A stretch of DNA of 64,000 nt, from the NCBI GenBank assembly GCA_041697335.1, contig JBGUGD010000007.1, forward strand, positions 1-64,000. Reading direction: 5' to 3'. Source of the DNA: Vampirovibrionaceae bacterium NZW_1234. GTDB lineage: Bacteria > Cyanobacteriota > Vampirovibrionia > Vampirovibrionales > JAGQHJ01. A program made the translations under genes and the position numbers. The notes beneath the pieces were generated by a model, which worked only from the letters and a program-made list of their open reading frames with translations, was not told the origin of the DNA and did not search any database. Every line of letters begins with the position of its first letter. Position 1 is the first letter of the stretch. Positions 29,810 to 40,230 of the stretch are shown in pieces.

Positions 29810-30114
29810 GCGTCACGTGTTCATCGTGGGAACAACGCGCTGAGGATAGGGCTATCCGGTTGAGCTTGACATGCCATTAAAATCCCTAGCCACGTGACGA
29901 ATGGACTTGACAGAGCGAAAGGTTACACTATAGCCAAAACTAGGCGCTATGCTTGACCTTACCTGCGTTTACACTCAAGAATGGGTTATGAATTAAGCTA
30001 CTGAAGCTACTGATGGAGTAGCTGGATTTTTCATGGAACGGCGTTGTGACTTAGGTCGGTGATTCAGAGCCCGGGGCAAGGGTGAAGTCGTGTCTTGTAT
30101 AAGGATGGGTTGTC

Positions 30115-30792
30115 ATGAGTACACACCAGACGTCTCAAGTGGGTTTTCGGTTTCGAGAAGAGATAAAAGCAAAAACCTATGAGCAGCACATGCGTCTTGA
30201 GCAACACTTGAACGTGCTGGGGCCGGATAAGACGTTAGCCGATTATGTTCATCTCTTACACCTGTTTTACGGGTTCTATCACCCTTTGGAACGACAACTG
30301 CGGCGGTGGCAGGATAACCCGGAGTTGCGTCCTCTTGACTTACATACTCGCCTCATTAAGGCCGAGGCTCTTCAGGAGGATCTGGCGATACTCCGAGTAC
30401 AGCATCCCGATGAATTTTCGGATCTCCCGGAATGTACCCAACTGCCAAGCCTTCGGTCCGTGCCTGAGGTGATGGGGTGCCTTTATGTGGTGGAGGGCTC
30501 GACCTTGGGAGGGCGGATTATCACCCGGCGGCTCCAGGAGGCCTACCAAATTACTCCGGGCACTGGTGGGCGCTTTTTTGCCAGCTACGGTTCAGAGGTC
30601 CCATCGATGTGGCGACAATTTTGGCGTGTCCTGACGGCATATGTCGATGCCAATCCCGAGACAGCGGACACTATTCTGGCCTCGGCCCAGTGCACCTTTA
30701 GGACACTGGAAGACTATGTCGTTCGGCAGTCGTCTAGCCCCCCTCTGTTTCCGGCATCACCCGGACACAATACATCGGGAGCAACTTCATGA
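30115..30792 (+). CDS. bphO: biliverdin-producing heme oxygenase
   Basis: Proximal His in TYEQHMRLE, GCLYVVEGSTLGG, FFASYG, W..F; ATGA overlap with the phytochrome gene. Confidence 0.93.
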   Translation: MSTHQTSQVGFRFREEIKAKTYEQHMRLEQHLNVLGPDKTLADYVHLLHLFYGFYHPLERQLRRWQDNPELRPLDLHTRLIKAEALQEDLAILRVQHPDEFSDLPECTQLPSLRSVPEVMGCLYVVEGSTLGGRIITRRLQEAYQITPGTGGRFFASYGSEVPSMWRQFWRVLTAYVDANPETADTILASAQCTFRTLEDYVVRQSSSPPLFPASPGHNTSGATS

Positions 30793-33700
30793 CTCTCACC
30801 CATGATCCGCTGCCTGAACCTGTTGATCTGAGCGTATGTGATCAGGAGCCTATCCATCAGCCCGGGTATATTCAGCCCCATGGGGCCTTGATTGTCCTGG
30901 AAGAGCCTCACTTGATTATTACGCATGCCAGTAACAACCTGGCCTCGCTCTGGGGTGTGTCGGCACAAGCGGTGTTGAATGAACCTTTGACGGCACTGTT
31001 CAGTGTGTCGGAAATAGCGGAATTTCAAAACGCCATGGCGACCGAGTCCCTGGATAACAATGTCGTCAGCCTGATGAGCCTTGATCGTCTGGGCCAGTCC
31101 ATCTGCATTCTTGCCCACCGTGTAGACAATCATCTTTATTTGGAATGTGAAGTTTGGGACAACCCTCCCACATCACCGCCAGTGAATATGAATCTGTTGC
31201 TTAAGGACGATCTGGCCCGTTTGTCCAAGTTCAAGCGATTGACGCCCTTTTTTAATGCGGTTAGCCAGCTTCTTAAAAAAGCAACTGGATTTGATCGGGT
31301 GATGGTTTATCAGTTTGCCCAAGATGGCCATGGGCAGGTCATCGCCGAAGCACGCAACGAGAATCTGGAGCCTTTTCTCGGACTGCGTTATCCGGCTACG
31401 GATGTGCCGACTCAGGCCCGAGCGTTATATTTACGAAATCCCATTCGCCTCATCCCCGATGTCAACTACACGCCTGTTGCGGTCCAAGCCAGTGAAAGCC
31501 TGGTGGGACATCCGCCACTGGATATGAGTTACTGCTTTCTGCGCAGTGTGTCGCCGATCCATATCGAGTACCTGCAAAACATGGGTGTTCGCGCCTCTAT
31601 GTCTATCAGTTTGGTGGTCAATAACACACTGTGGGGGCTCATCGCATGTCATCATATGACCCCCCGATACATGGCCTTTGAAATGCGAACCCTGTGTGAA
31701 TTCTTGGGACAATATATTTCCATGCAGATTGAACACCTGATTGAGGCCGAAAACGAAGACTATCAGCATCGGCTTAAAGTCCGGCTTCGGACCCTGGTGG
31801 ATAAAATGTATGTGGCTGATACGTTTATGGATGGCTTGAAGAGAGCCTCCTCCGAATTATTGGAGTTGGTTCAGGCCAGTGGTATTGCCATTACTTATGG
31901 TGGCGACCTGTATCTGCAAGGTCTGACCCCATCGGAGTCCGATATGCGGCAGTTGCTTGACTGGTTGAGCGACAACGCAGGCTCTGAAGTCACCATTGTC
32001 AATTCGCTTTCAACGATGCATCCGCAAGCCTTGCAATATGTCCCTCATGTCTCCGGGTTGCTGGGGATTACCTTGTCGAAAGAGGAGCGGGATTATATTC
32101 TGTGGTTTCGCCCTGAGGTGGTTCAAACCGTGAACTGGGCCGGTGATCCGGGTAACGTTGCTACGTACAATCCCGCAGAAGGTCGGCTCTCTCCTCGCAG
32201 GTCCTTTGAGTTATGGAAGGAAAAAGTTCGTGGGACCTGCCAACCATGGCTTCCTGCCGAAGTTGACATTGCTCTGGATTTTCGCAAGATCATCCTGAAC
32301 ATCATTTTTCGTCGTGTGGAAGAATTGAACCGGCTATCCAAAAAGCTTCGGGAAAGCGAGGAACGCTATCAAAGAGCCTTAACGGCTTCTCGGGACGGTG
32401 TGTGGGAATGGAACCTGAAGACCGATAATATTATCTGGAACGACCGTGCCGCCGCCATTCATGGCTATTCGCTCGGCGAGCGGGTGACATTCAGTAGCAG
32501 GCTGTTTTTTAATCAAATTCACCCGGACGATCGTCCGACTGTTCAACAGGCATTCCACCAGCATTTTAAAGGGGGGACGTCCACGTGTGAAATTGAGTAT
32601 CGTGTCCTGAATAGGCAGGGGCAGTACATTTATGTCAGTAACAAGGCGATTGCCCAGCGCGATGAATTTAAAGAACCCATCCTGGTTACTGGGACCATTT
32701 CAGATATTACAGCCCGGAAGACGGCTGAGGAAAGTTTGCGAGAAAGTCAGGTCCGCTCTCGTAAAATAGTCGAAGCCTCGATTATCGGTATTTTGTTTGC
32801 GACACCTGAAGGGGCTATTGTTGATGCCAACGAAGCCTTTTTAAATATGATTGGGTACTCTCGCCAAGCCCTGGATGCCGGGTGTATTCGCTGGGATGAA
32901 TTGACGCCGCCCCAGTATGCGGAGCTGGATGCCCAAAAATGGCAGGAGGTAATACAAACGGGACAGTGTGCGCCTTACGAGAAGCAATATATTCACAAGG
33001 AAGGGTACTTGATTGATGTGTTGATTGCTGCTGCACTAATTAGCTCAGCTGTTCCGACCACATGTATTGCTTATGTTATTGATATTACAACGCAAAAGAA
33101 GGCAGAAGAGACGCTTCGCACCAGTGAAGCTCGCTTTCGAGCGTTGGTCAATGCCATTCCTCAAATTGCCTATTCCGCTGAACCCAATGGGCATATTGAT
33201 TGGTACAACGATCGATGGTATGTCTTCTCGGGGTTGTCTCCTGATGATCCAAACGGTCAGGCGCTGATTACCGTTTTACATCCGGATGATTTGCAATCGT
33301 ATCTGGAGACGTGGCAAACGGCTGTGGAAAAGCAAACCATCTTTCAAGGGGAGTATCGTTTTTGGGATGCAACCCTGCAGCAATGGCGCTGGCATCTGGG
33401 CCAGGCAACGCCCTTGCGGACGGAAGATGGCACCATTTTAAAATGGTTTGGAACGTTTACGGATATTGAGCCCATCAAGCAGGCCAAAGAATTGGCCGAA
33501 GAGTCCAATCGTCGCAAAAGCCAGTTTCTGGCCAATATGTCTCATGAGTTGCGCACCCCGTTGAATGCCGTAATTGGCTATTCGGAGATGATGTTGATGG
33601 GGCTTGCCGGAGAGATGAGCGGCAAGCAGCAAAAATACACCCAGAATATTTACATGAGTGCCAAGCACCTCTTGGACATGGTGAATGACATTCTTGATCT

Positions 33701-34244
33701 GTCCAAGGTTGAATCGGGCCATGTGTCTTTCCACCCGGTGCCGATCAACATTCAGGAGCTGGTTCAGGAGTTGAATGATATTTTGATGAATTTGGCAAAA
33801 ACCCAGGATATTCGCATGACGTTTGAGGTCGATCCGTCACTGACGGTGATTCATGCCGATCCCTTGCGTTTGAAGCAGGTGTTTTTTAATCTCATCAGCA
33901 ATGCCATTAAGTTCAACAAACCGCAAGGTCATGTTAAAGTTCGCCTTCGCCAGTCCCAGGATACGGATTCGGGTTGGATGGTGGTTGATGTAGAAGACAC
34001 CGGAATTGGCATTCCTCAGGATAAAATTAAAAACTTGTTTCAGGAATTCTACCAGGTGGACTCATCGAAAAGTCGTCGCTTTGAGGGCACCGGCCTTGGG
34101 TTGGCCCTTACAAAACACCTGATTGATCTCCAGCATGGAACGATTACGGTACAAAGCACGGAAGGCGAGGGATCCTGCTTTAGCTTTAAAATTCCCCTGA
34201 ACCCCGTGCGATTTGTCCAGGCCGAAACCTCCTCTTCAGCTTGA
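30789..34244 (+). CDS. bphP: bacteriophytochrome histidine kinase (PAS-GAF-PHY-3xPAS-HisKA-HATPase)
   Basis: CDQEPIHQPGYIQPHG (N-terminal BV-binding Cys17), GFDRVMVY, YPATDVP.QAR, LRSVSPIHIEYL, LWGLIACHH, WAGDP, LSPRRSFELW, SHELRTPL. Confidence 0.95.
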   Translation: MTLTHDPLPEPVDLSVCDQEPIHQPGYIQPHGALIVLEEPHLIITHASNNLASLWGVSAQAVLNEPLTALFSVSEIAEFQNAMATESLDNNVVSLMSLDRLGQSICILAHRVDNHLYLECEVWDNPPTSPPVNMNLLLKDDLARLSKFKRLTPFFNAVSQLLKKATGFDRVMVYQFAQDGHGQVIAEARNENLEPFLGLRYPATDVPTQARALYLRNPIRLIPDVNYTPVAVQASESLVGHPPLDMSYCFLRSVSPIHIEYLQNMGVRASMSISLVVNNTLWGLIACHHMTPRYMAFEMRTLCEFLGQYISMQIEHLIEAENEDYQHRLKVRLRTLVDKMYVADTFMDGLKRASSELLELVQASGIAITYGGDLYLQGLTPSESDMRQLLDWLSDNAGSEVTIVNSLSTMHPQALQYVPHVSGLLGITLSKEERDYILWFRPEVVQTVNWAGDPGNVATYNPAEGRLSPRRSFELWKEKVRGTCQPWLPAEVDIALDFRKIILNIIFRRVEELNRLSKKLRESEERYQRALTASRDGVWEWNLKTDNIIWNDRAAAIHGYSLGERVTFSSRLFFNQIHPDDRPTVQQAFHQHFKGGTSTCEIEYRVLNRQGQYIYVSNKAIAQRDEFKEPILVTGTISDITARKTAEESLRESQVRSRKIVEASIIGILFATPEGAIVDANEAFLNMIGYSRQALDAGCIRWDELTPPQYAELDAQKWQEVIQTGQCAPYEKQYIHKEGYLIDVLIAAALISSAVPTTCIAYVIDITTQKKAEETLRTSEARFRALVNAIPQIAYSAEPNGHIDWYNDRWYVFSGLSPDDPNGQALITVLHPDDLQSYLETWQTAVEKQTIFQGEYRFWDATLQQWRWHLGQATPLRTEDGTILKWFGTFTDIEPIKQAKELAEESNRRKSQFLANMSHELRTPLNAVIGYSEMMLMGLAGEMSGKQQKYTQNIYMSAKHLLDMVNDILDLSKVESGHVSFHPVPINIQELVQELNDILMNLAKTQDIRMTFEVDPSLTVIHADPLRLKQVFFNLISNAIKFNKPQGHVKVRLRQSQDTDSGWMVVDVEDTGIGIPQDKIKNLFQEFYQVDSSKSRRFEGTGLGLALTKHLIDLQHGTITVQSTEGEGSCFSFKIPLNPVRFVQAETSSSA

Positions 34245-34281
34245 AGGGGGAGGGGCAAGAGCATGGGCAAGACAAGCAGGA

Positions 34282-36675
34282 TTATTGTGTGGGGCTCTCA
34301 TCTGCCAGATATCGTATTGTATTGATAATACTGTCCGGATTTAACGAGATGGAATCAATCCCCGCATTGACCAGAAATTTCGCAAATTCAGGATAATCAC
34401 TGGGGGCTTGGCCACAAATCCCGACCTTGCATCCTGCCTTTTTTGCAGCCTGGATGATGTGTACAATCATTTTGTTTACCGCGTCGTTGCGCTCATCAAA
34501 CAGATAAGCCAAATCGACGGACTCCCGATCGATGCCTAAGGCCAGCTGGGTCAGATCGTTGCTGCCAATGGAAAACCCATTAAACAGCGTGGCAAATTCT
34601 TCGGCCAGAATGACATTCGACGGGATCTCGGACATCATATAGATTTCCAGGCCATTTTGGCCTTTGACCAAGCCATTTTCTGCCATCACTGCCTGGACCT
34701 TATGCGCCTCTTCCAGGGTGCGGCAGAAGGGGATCATGACAATGACATTGGTCAATCCGGCAATGTCTCGAACCCATTTGATGGCTTTACATTCCAAGGC
34801 AAATCCTTCCTGATATCGGGAGCTGTAATATCGGGAGGCGCCTCGAAAGCCAAGCATTGGGTTCGCTTCTGGTGTTTCAAACTGGGCACCTCCAATCAGG
34901 GCGGCATATTCATTAGTTTTAAAATCACTGGTTCTGACAATCACAGGCTGGGGATATCGCGAGGCGGCAATCTTGGCGATTCCCAGAGCGAGCTGTTCAA
35001 CAAAGTAATCTGATTTGTGGGCATAGCGTTGGGTTAAATGCTCAATTTGTGCCCGGACGTGTGAGTCTTCCAAGTGGTCAAAATTCACCAGCGCCATGGG
35101 GTGGATTTTGATGAGGTTGCTGATAATAAATTCCATGCGGGCCAAGCCAATACCCTGGCAGGGCAAATCCCACCACTGCAGGGCACTGGAGGGATCGGCT
35201 ATATTCATCATGATGTTGACCGGGCTGGTGGGAATCGAGCCCAGATCGAGGGTTGTTTCTTCATAGGGCAGGATGCCTTCATAGATGTAGCCTTCCTCGC
35301 CTTCGGCGCAGGAAAGCGTGATCTCCTGGTTGTCTCTTAAGGTTGTGGTTGCATTCTGAGTACCGACGATGGAAGGAATCCCGAATTCCCGGCTCACAAT
35401 AGCGGCATGGCAGGTTCGTCCACCAAAATCCGTAATAATGCCTTTGGCATGTTTCATCAGGGGAACCCAGTCGGGCTCTGTCATCTGTGCTACTAGGATT
35501 GATCCTTCCTGAAACTGCTCAATGTCTTTTGAATTTTCAACAATGCATACTTTCCCTGTGGTGATGGCATTGCCGATACTGATTCCTGAAAGAAGCACTG
35601 TTCCTTTTTGTTTCAGGCTGTAGCTTTTAAGGGTCTTTGTCGTTCGTTGGGAATGAACCGTTTCCGGACGCGCTTGGACGATAAAGAGCTCCTGGCTTTC
35701 CCCGTCTTTTGCCCACTCAATGTCCATGGGGCGATGATATTGATTTTCAATAATGACAGCCCATTTGGACAACGTTAAAATTTCCTGATCGGAGAGAACG
35801 AAGGATTGACGTTCGGTTTCTGAAGTAGGAATATTCCGGGTTTTTTCTTCCTGGGTTTCGCCATAGATCATTTTTTGCTCTTTGGTTCCAAGGGTCTTTT
35901 CGATAATGGGGCATAATGACGAATTGTCCAGCAAAGGCTTGAATGTTCGATACTCATCCGGGGTAACAACGCCTTTGACAATGTTTTCACCCAGCCCCCA
36001 GGCGGCATTGATGAGAACAGCCCGTGGAAAACCCGTTTCCGTATCGATGCTGAACATCACGCCGTAGCCTGCCTTATCGGAGCGAACCATCTTCTGGACG
36101 CCAACCGAAAGGGCGATTTTCATATGATCAAATCCTTTCTCCTCGCGGTAAGCAATGGCCCTGTCCGTAAAAAGAGAGGCAAAACATTGTCGACAGGCTT
36201 CTAATAGCTCCTGCTCGCCACTGATATTTAAAAAACTTTCCTGTTGTCCGGCAAAACTGGCGTCGGGTAAGTCTTCTGCAGTGGCGCTGCTTCTGACGGC
36301 AACATCCGAATTTTTTTGTTGATAACGCTGAGAAAGCTCCTGGTAGGCACTTTTGATTTCATCTGCAATTGCCTGGGGAAATTCTGCATTTAGGAACAGG
36401 GCGCGAATCTGTTTTCCTGTTTCCGCCAAAGAACATTTTCCGCTGTGAAAGTCTGAAAGCGCTTTTTTGATCGCTTCTTCCAGATTGTTTTCACTGGCAT
36501 AAAGCCAGTAGGCCTTTGCATTGGTGGCAAAACCCTCGGGAACTTTAATCCCCTTGCTTTTTAATGTCTGAATCAGTTCCCCGAGTGAAGCATTCTTGCC
36601 ACCGACATCAGCAACATCATTCATGCATAAATCTTCAAACCACTGAATGTAGCGGGTTTTGCTTTTTAAGTTCAT
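34282..36675 (-). CDS. ppsA: phosphoenolpyruvate synthase
   Basis: VGGKNASLGE, VAVRSSATAEDLPDASFAGQ, GGRTCHAAIVSRE (phospho-His), FSIGSNDLTQ, ICGQAPSD. Confidence 0.97.
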   Translation of the reverse strand: MNLKSKTRYIQWFEDLCMNDVADVGGKNASLGELIQTLKSKGIKVPEGFATNAKAYWLYASENNLEEAIKKALSDFHSGKCSLAETGKQIRALFLNAEFPQAIADEIKSAYQELSQRYQQKNSDVAVRSSATAEDLPDASFAGQQESFLNISGEQELLEACRQCFASLFTDRAIAYREEKGFDHMKIALSVGVQKMVRSDKAGYGVMFSIDTETGFPRAVLINAAWGLGENIVKGVVTPDEYRTFKPLLDNSSLCPIIEKTLGTKEQKMIYGETQEEKTRNIPTSETERQSFVLSDQEILTLSKWAVIIENQYHRPMDIEWAKDGESQELFIVQARPETVHSQRTTKTLKSYSLKQKGTVLLSGISIGNAITTGKVCIVENSKDIEQFQEGSILVAQMTEPDWVPLMKHAKGIITDFGGRTCHAAIVSREFGIPSIVGTQNATTTLRDNQEITLSCAEGEEGYIYEGILPYEETTLDLGSIPTSPVNIMMNIADPSSALQWWDLPCQGIGLARMEFIISNLIKIHPMALVNFDHLEDSHVRAQIEHLTQRYAHKSDYFVEQLALGIAKIAASRYPQPVIVRTSDFKTNEYAALIGGAQFETPEANPMLGFRGASRYYSSRYQEGFALECKAIKWVRDIAGLTNVIVMIPFCRTLEEAHKVQAVMAENGLVKGQNGLEIYMMSEIPSNVILAEEFATLFNGFSIGSNDLTQLALGIDRESVDLAYLFDERNDAVNKMIVHIIQAAKKAGCKVGICGQAPSDYPEFAKFLVNAGIDSISLNPDSIINTIRYLADESPTQ

Positions 36676-36690
36676 CGCTATCCCCTTTGC

Positions 36691-37137
36691 TTATTTCAAG
36701 GCTTCCTGTGAATACTTCGTTTTGATGGATGACATGGGCCCGTTATTGATAATCATAATTGTTTGTTTGGCATGCTTGAAAACATCTTCACTGACACTTC
36801 CCATCAGGAATTTTGAAAGTCCTTGCCTGCCATGGGAGCCCATTATAATCTGATCAATCCCTTCTTTATCGGCGAAGTGGCGAATCTCCTGGGAAGGCAT
36901 CCCTCGAACATACTTTGTCTCAACCACATCAAGACCGGCTTGTTCTAGATATGCCTTTGCCCCATCCAGCACGTGTTGTGCTTTTTCGAATTGATCCGAA
37001 TCCCAGGGCTTTTCCTGAATCAGGTCAATGACGTACAGGAGATAAAATGAGTGCTGATTATTTCTAAAAAGCTCAATCACCCATCGAAGGGTTTTCTTTG
37101 AGCAATCAGAACCGTCAATGGGCAATAGAATTTTCAT
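36691..37137 (-). CDS. universal stress protein (single domain)
   Basis: MKILLPIDGS...MGSHGRQGLSKFLMGSVSEDV; GGAGG RBS before ATG 37137. Confidence 0.92.
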   Translation of the reverse strand: MKILLPIDGSDCSKKTLRWVIELFRNNQHSFYLLYVIDLIQEKPWDSDQFEKAQHVLDGAKAYLEQAGLDVVETKYVRGMPSQEIRHFADKEGIDQIIMGSHGRQGLSKFLMGSVSEDVFKHAKQTIMIINNGPMSSIKTKYSQEALK

Positions 37138-37428
37138 CCTAGAACCTCCTTCGGTGTCCATTATCTTTCTTTCTTATGGTGACAGGTTTCCTGCGTTCCG
37201 AAATTCAACCTTAGCGTATTAGACACATGGGTAGTATTGCTTCAGGTAGAAGCTCAGAGTTGGGTTTATAGGCTATATACCCCTTCCTGGAAGAGATTAT
37301 AAAGCCAAAGTGCGAGAAGGAGCTTTTAATGCCTGGATGACGGGAACAGAAGTGGGCCAAATAGAAATACACGAAAAAGTCACAAGCAATCTGTTTTGGA
37401 TTAAAGAGGGTTGCTGGACCGTAATGGG

Positions 37429-38442
37429 CTAACTTGCTAATTCCAATATTTTCAACGTATGTAATAAGACGGCCTCTACACTGTTGCCAGCCATACAGGC
37501 ATGAATTCCTGTGCGCTCAACTCGATCGGAGTGCATAATGGACTCTCGAGAAGGTACCAGGTTCGTGCAAGGACCTTGCTCACCCGGTTTACCCTGGCGA
37601 TAATTTCGGTAGCAAGGCTGACAACGCAGGGTCGTTGTATCATACCCAAACTCCGGCTGCCACAGGACACCGTTGACCAGGTTATAGTTCTGGGCATAGC
37701 CTGTTCCTACCGGATGTGAGCTGCCCCATAATATCAACGCCGGCTTTTGAACTGCACGACTGGCATGATTGAGAAAACTGTCCAAACCGATAAAAAGTCG
37801 ACATGCCGCAACGGCTGCAATGGAATGTCGTCGGGACGGACTTTCCAGAAAATCAATCTCGGGCACCCGACGATCACTGGCGCCACCCACTTGTAAAATG
37901 TCATAGCCGGTTTCTGTTTTAAGTTGCGAAACAAGTTGCCGCCAGTGCGACATGGGCCAGTCTTTGTAAGGGGACCAGCCAGTGGTCGTATGGATTAGGA
38001 TGGTTTTATCCAGTCCCTGGGCCCAAGCACGGTGCTCGTCGGTTAAGGTTACATACAAATTATCATGGGGGGACACGCCTGCTTGGCGACAAAATACGCT
38101 TGTCAAATGAATCGCCATTGGGTGTGGTGGGTCTATGCCTTGATGTTCATAGGGATAATACAGTCCCACACGTTTATACGCTTTTTCAAGCGAGGCTGTT
38201 GCCTTATTAACTGTTTCCCAATTGCCGTTAGCTACTGGGACCACTTCATCCAGCAAGGGGTTGTCTTCCAGTAGATCGGTATAGCCCTGAAAGCAGACAA
38301 ACCGAGTCCGAAAGCCTTTTGCCTTCAACTCCGGCAACACCGATGTCGCCATTAATATGTCTCCGAGAGCTCCTGGGCGTACCAATTCAACAATTTTTCC
38401 CTCAGACACGGTGGCGAAGCCCTCGAATAAACAGCTAGTCAA
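37429..38442 (-). CDS. glycosyltransferase family 9 (heptosyltransferase-like)
   Basis: RPGALGDILMA, NPLLDEV, KDWP...W, FIGLDSFLNHASRA, ILWG; start uncertain (TTG). Confidence 0.85.
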   Translation of the reverse strand: MTSCLFEGFATVSEGKIVELVRPGALGDILMATSVLPELKAKGFRTRFVCFQGYTDLLEDNPLLDEVVPVANGNWETVNKATASLEKAYKRVGLYYPYEHQGIDPPHPMAIHLTSVFCRQAGVSPHDNLYVTLTDEHRAWAQGLDKTILIHTTTGWSPYKDWPMSHWRQLVSQLKTETGYDILQVGGASDRRVPEIDFLESPSRRHSIAAVAACRLFIGLDSFLNHASRAVQKPALILWGSSHPVGTGYAQNYNLVNGVLWQPEFGYDTTTLRCQPCYRNYRQGKPGEQGPCTNLVPSRESIMHSDRVERTGIHACMAGNSVEAVLLHTLKILELAS

Positions 38443-38780
38443 GCATTAGTATACCACGGATCGATATACGGACTTTGCGCAGATACTATGAGAATATTGC
38501 TTTCCAACTTTAAAAGAGCATCAATATACCAATTATGACAGTTTTCATTTGTTACACCGGGATTTGCGTTAAATCCCTCTGACCAATGTTTTGTATGTTC
38601 TAGAGACAATCTATGGCAATACAAGCATCATGGCCTTATGGAAAGTCTACGTTTATCCAATTCATAATACTAGTAGTTTTGGTAATTGGCAGCGTAAGTC
38701 AAAGTTTCTAGAATGCTTCCTGTTGCTAAGATTTTACTCGCTTGGCATATATTAGCATGTGACGATGCATCGGGGTTACT

Positions 38781-40199
38781 ATGCTGCGCTTTTTGAAGCC
38801 AAGACTCTATCTGGGGTTAAAACAATTGAAGCATTCCCAGTTGGCAAGTCACCAGACATGGTTCAAGCAGAATCAATACCTTCCTTATGTCACATTACAG
38901 CAGTACCAACGAAACCTCTTAAGCCAGCTTTTAAATGCGGCATATCAATATATTCCGGAGTATCAGTCGAGACTCGAACAGGCCGGAGTCATCCGCAACC
39001 AGATTATTAACTTTGACCAGTGGCCTGAGCTGATGCCCTTGACACGGCAAGATTTAAGTGAGCGAAAAAACCGGTTTATCAATCCAAACGCTGAAGAAAA
39101 TGGGATTTACTTTGCTTCAACCGGGGGGTCTACAGGAACACCTGTTTATATAGCGCAAGACGAGGCTTATCGTGCCTGGTCGCAGGCAGCATACTTTTTT
39201 TACAATGAGTGGTCGGGGTTACACATTGGAACCCCCTATTTTCTACTTTGGGCTTCGGAACAGGATCTGTCGCCTCAATGTACGTCGCTAAGGGAAAAAC
39301 TGCTTCAAGGGTTTTTGCAGGGCCGTCGCATTTTGGATTGCTCACTCACGTCGCCCGAAATTTATGCATCTCTAATCCGTCAAATCAACCGGCAAAAAGA
39401 TTGTGTCCATATGATTGGCTATGCTAAAGAATTGCATGCCTTAGCAACATTCAGCATTGAAAATAAGATGCCCATTAATCGCTCATTTAAGGCCGTTTAC
39501 TCTACCGCAGAGCGCCTAACGACTCGCATGAGGAAGACCATTGAAGAGGTGTTTCAATGTAAAGTCTTCAACCGTTATGGGGCCAGAGATGTGGGGGATG
39601 TTGCCTGTGAGTGTCATTTTCAGCGTGGTCTTCATATTAACCCCTTATTCGCACTTATCGAGGTGGTTGACCAAGACATGCGGATTTTGCCGTATGGTGA
39701 GGAAGGGCAGATTTTGGTGACCAATTTCCATAATCATGCCATGCCCCTTTTACGCTATGCCATTGGGGACAGAGGTATCCTGCAAGCTCCCCGTCGGTGC
39801 GAGTGTGGCCGAGAATGGGAGACCTTAACCTGTATTACGGGGCGGACCAATGAGAAAATTTTGCTGCCCAATGGCAGACAGTTCAATGGTATTTTCGTGG
39901 AAGAAGCGTTTGATTATGTGCCCTCGATCAGAGGCTATCAACTTAAGCAAATTGCTCCGGCTAAGCTTCTTATCCGCCTTTCATCTCATATCGAGAATTA
40001 TGCTGACACGCATGCGCCGGATCTTGAGGCCTTGGTGCACCGTCTTCAAACCTGGACACAGTACCCCCTCCAAATTGAGTTTGAGCAAACCGATGATTTT
40101 GAGAAGACGCCAACAGGTAAGCAATTAACCATTATTCCTTTCAAGGGAACGCGAAGACAAGTGCCGCAAGATTCTCCTGAGTTAATCTTAACTTCCTAA
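38781..40199 (+). CDS. phenylacetate-CoA ligase-like adenylate-forming enzyme (PaaK/CapK family)
   Basis: STGGSTGTP, NRYGARD, G.ILVTN..N.AMPLLRYAIGD, CECGR, GR. Confidence 0.9.
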   Translation: MLRFLKPRLYLGLKQLKHSQLASHQTWFKQNQYLPYVTLQQYQRNLLSQLLNAAYQYIPEYQSRLEQAGVIRNQIINFDQWPELMPLTRQDLSERKNRFINPNAEENGIYFASTGGSTGTPVYIAQDEAYRAWSQAAYFFYNEWSGLHIGTPYFLLWASEQDLSPQCTSLREKLLQGFLQGRRILDCSLTSPEIYASLIRQINRQKDCVHMIGYAKELHALATFSIENKMPINRSFKAVYSTAERLTTRMRKTIEEVFQCKVFNRYGARDVGDVACECHFQRGLHINPLFALIEVVDQDMRILPYGEEGQILVTNFHNHAMPLLRYAIGDRGILQAPRRCECGREWETLTCITGRTNEKILLPNGRQFNGIFVEEAFDYVPSIRGYQLKQIAPAKLLIRLSSHIENYADTHAPDLEALVHRLQTWTQYPLQIEFEQTDDFEKTPTGKQLTIIPFKGTRRQVPQDSPELILTS

Positions 40200-40230
40200 G
40201 TCTATTGCTAGTAATACAGAGGAACACCCT

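Noticed and set aside
38439..38624. 61-aa ORF overlapping the GT9 start by 4 nt
   Set aside because: No RBS or recognisable motif; cannot distinguish a real small gene, a frameshifted GT9 N-terminus or chance
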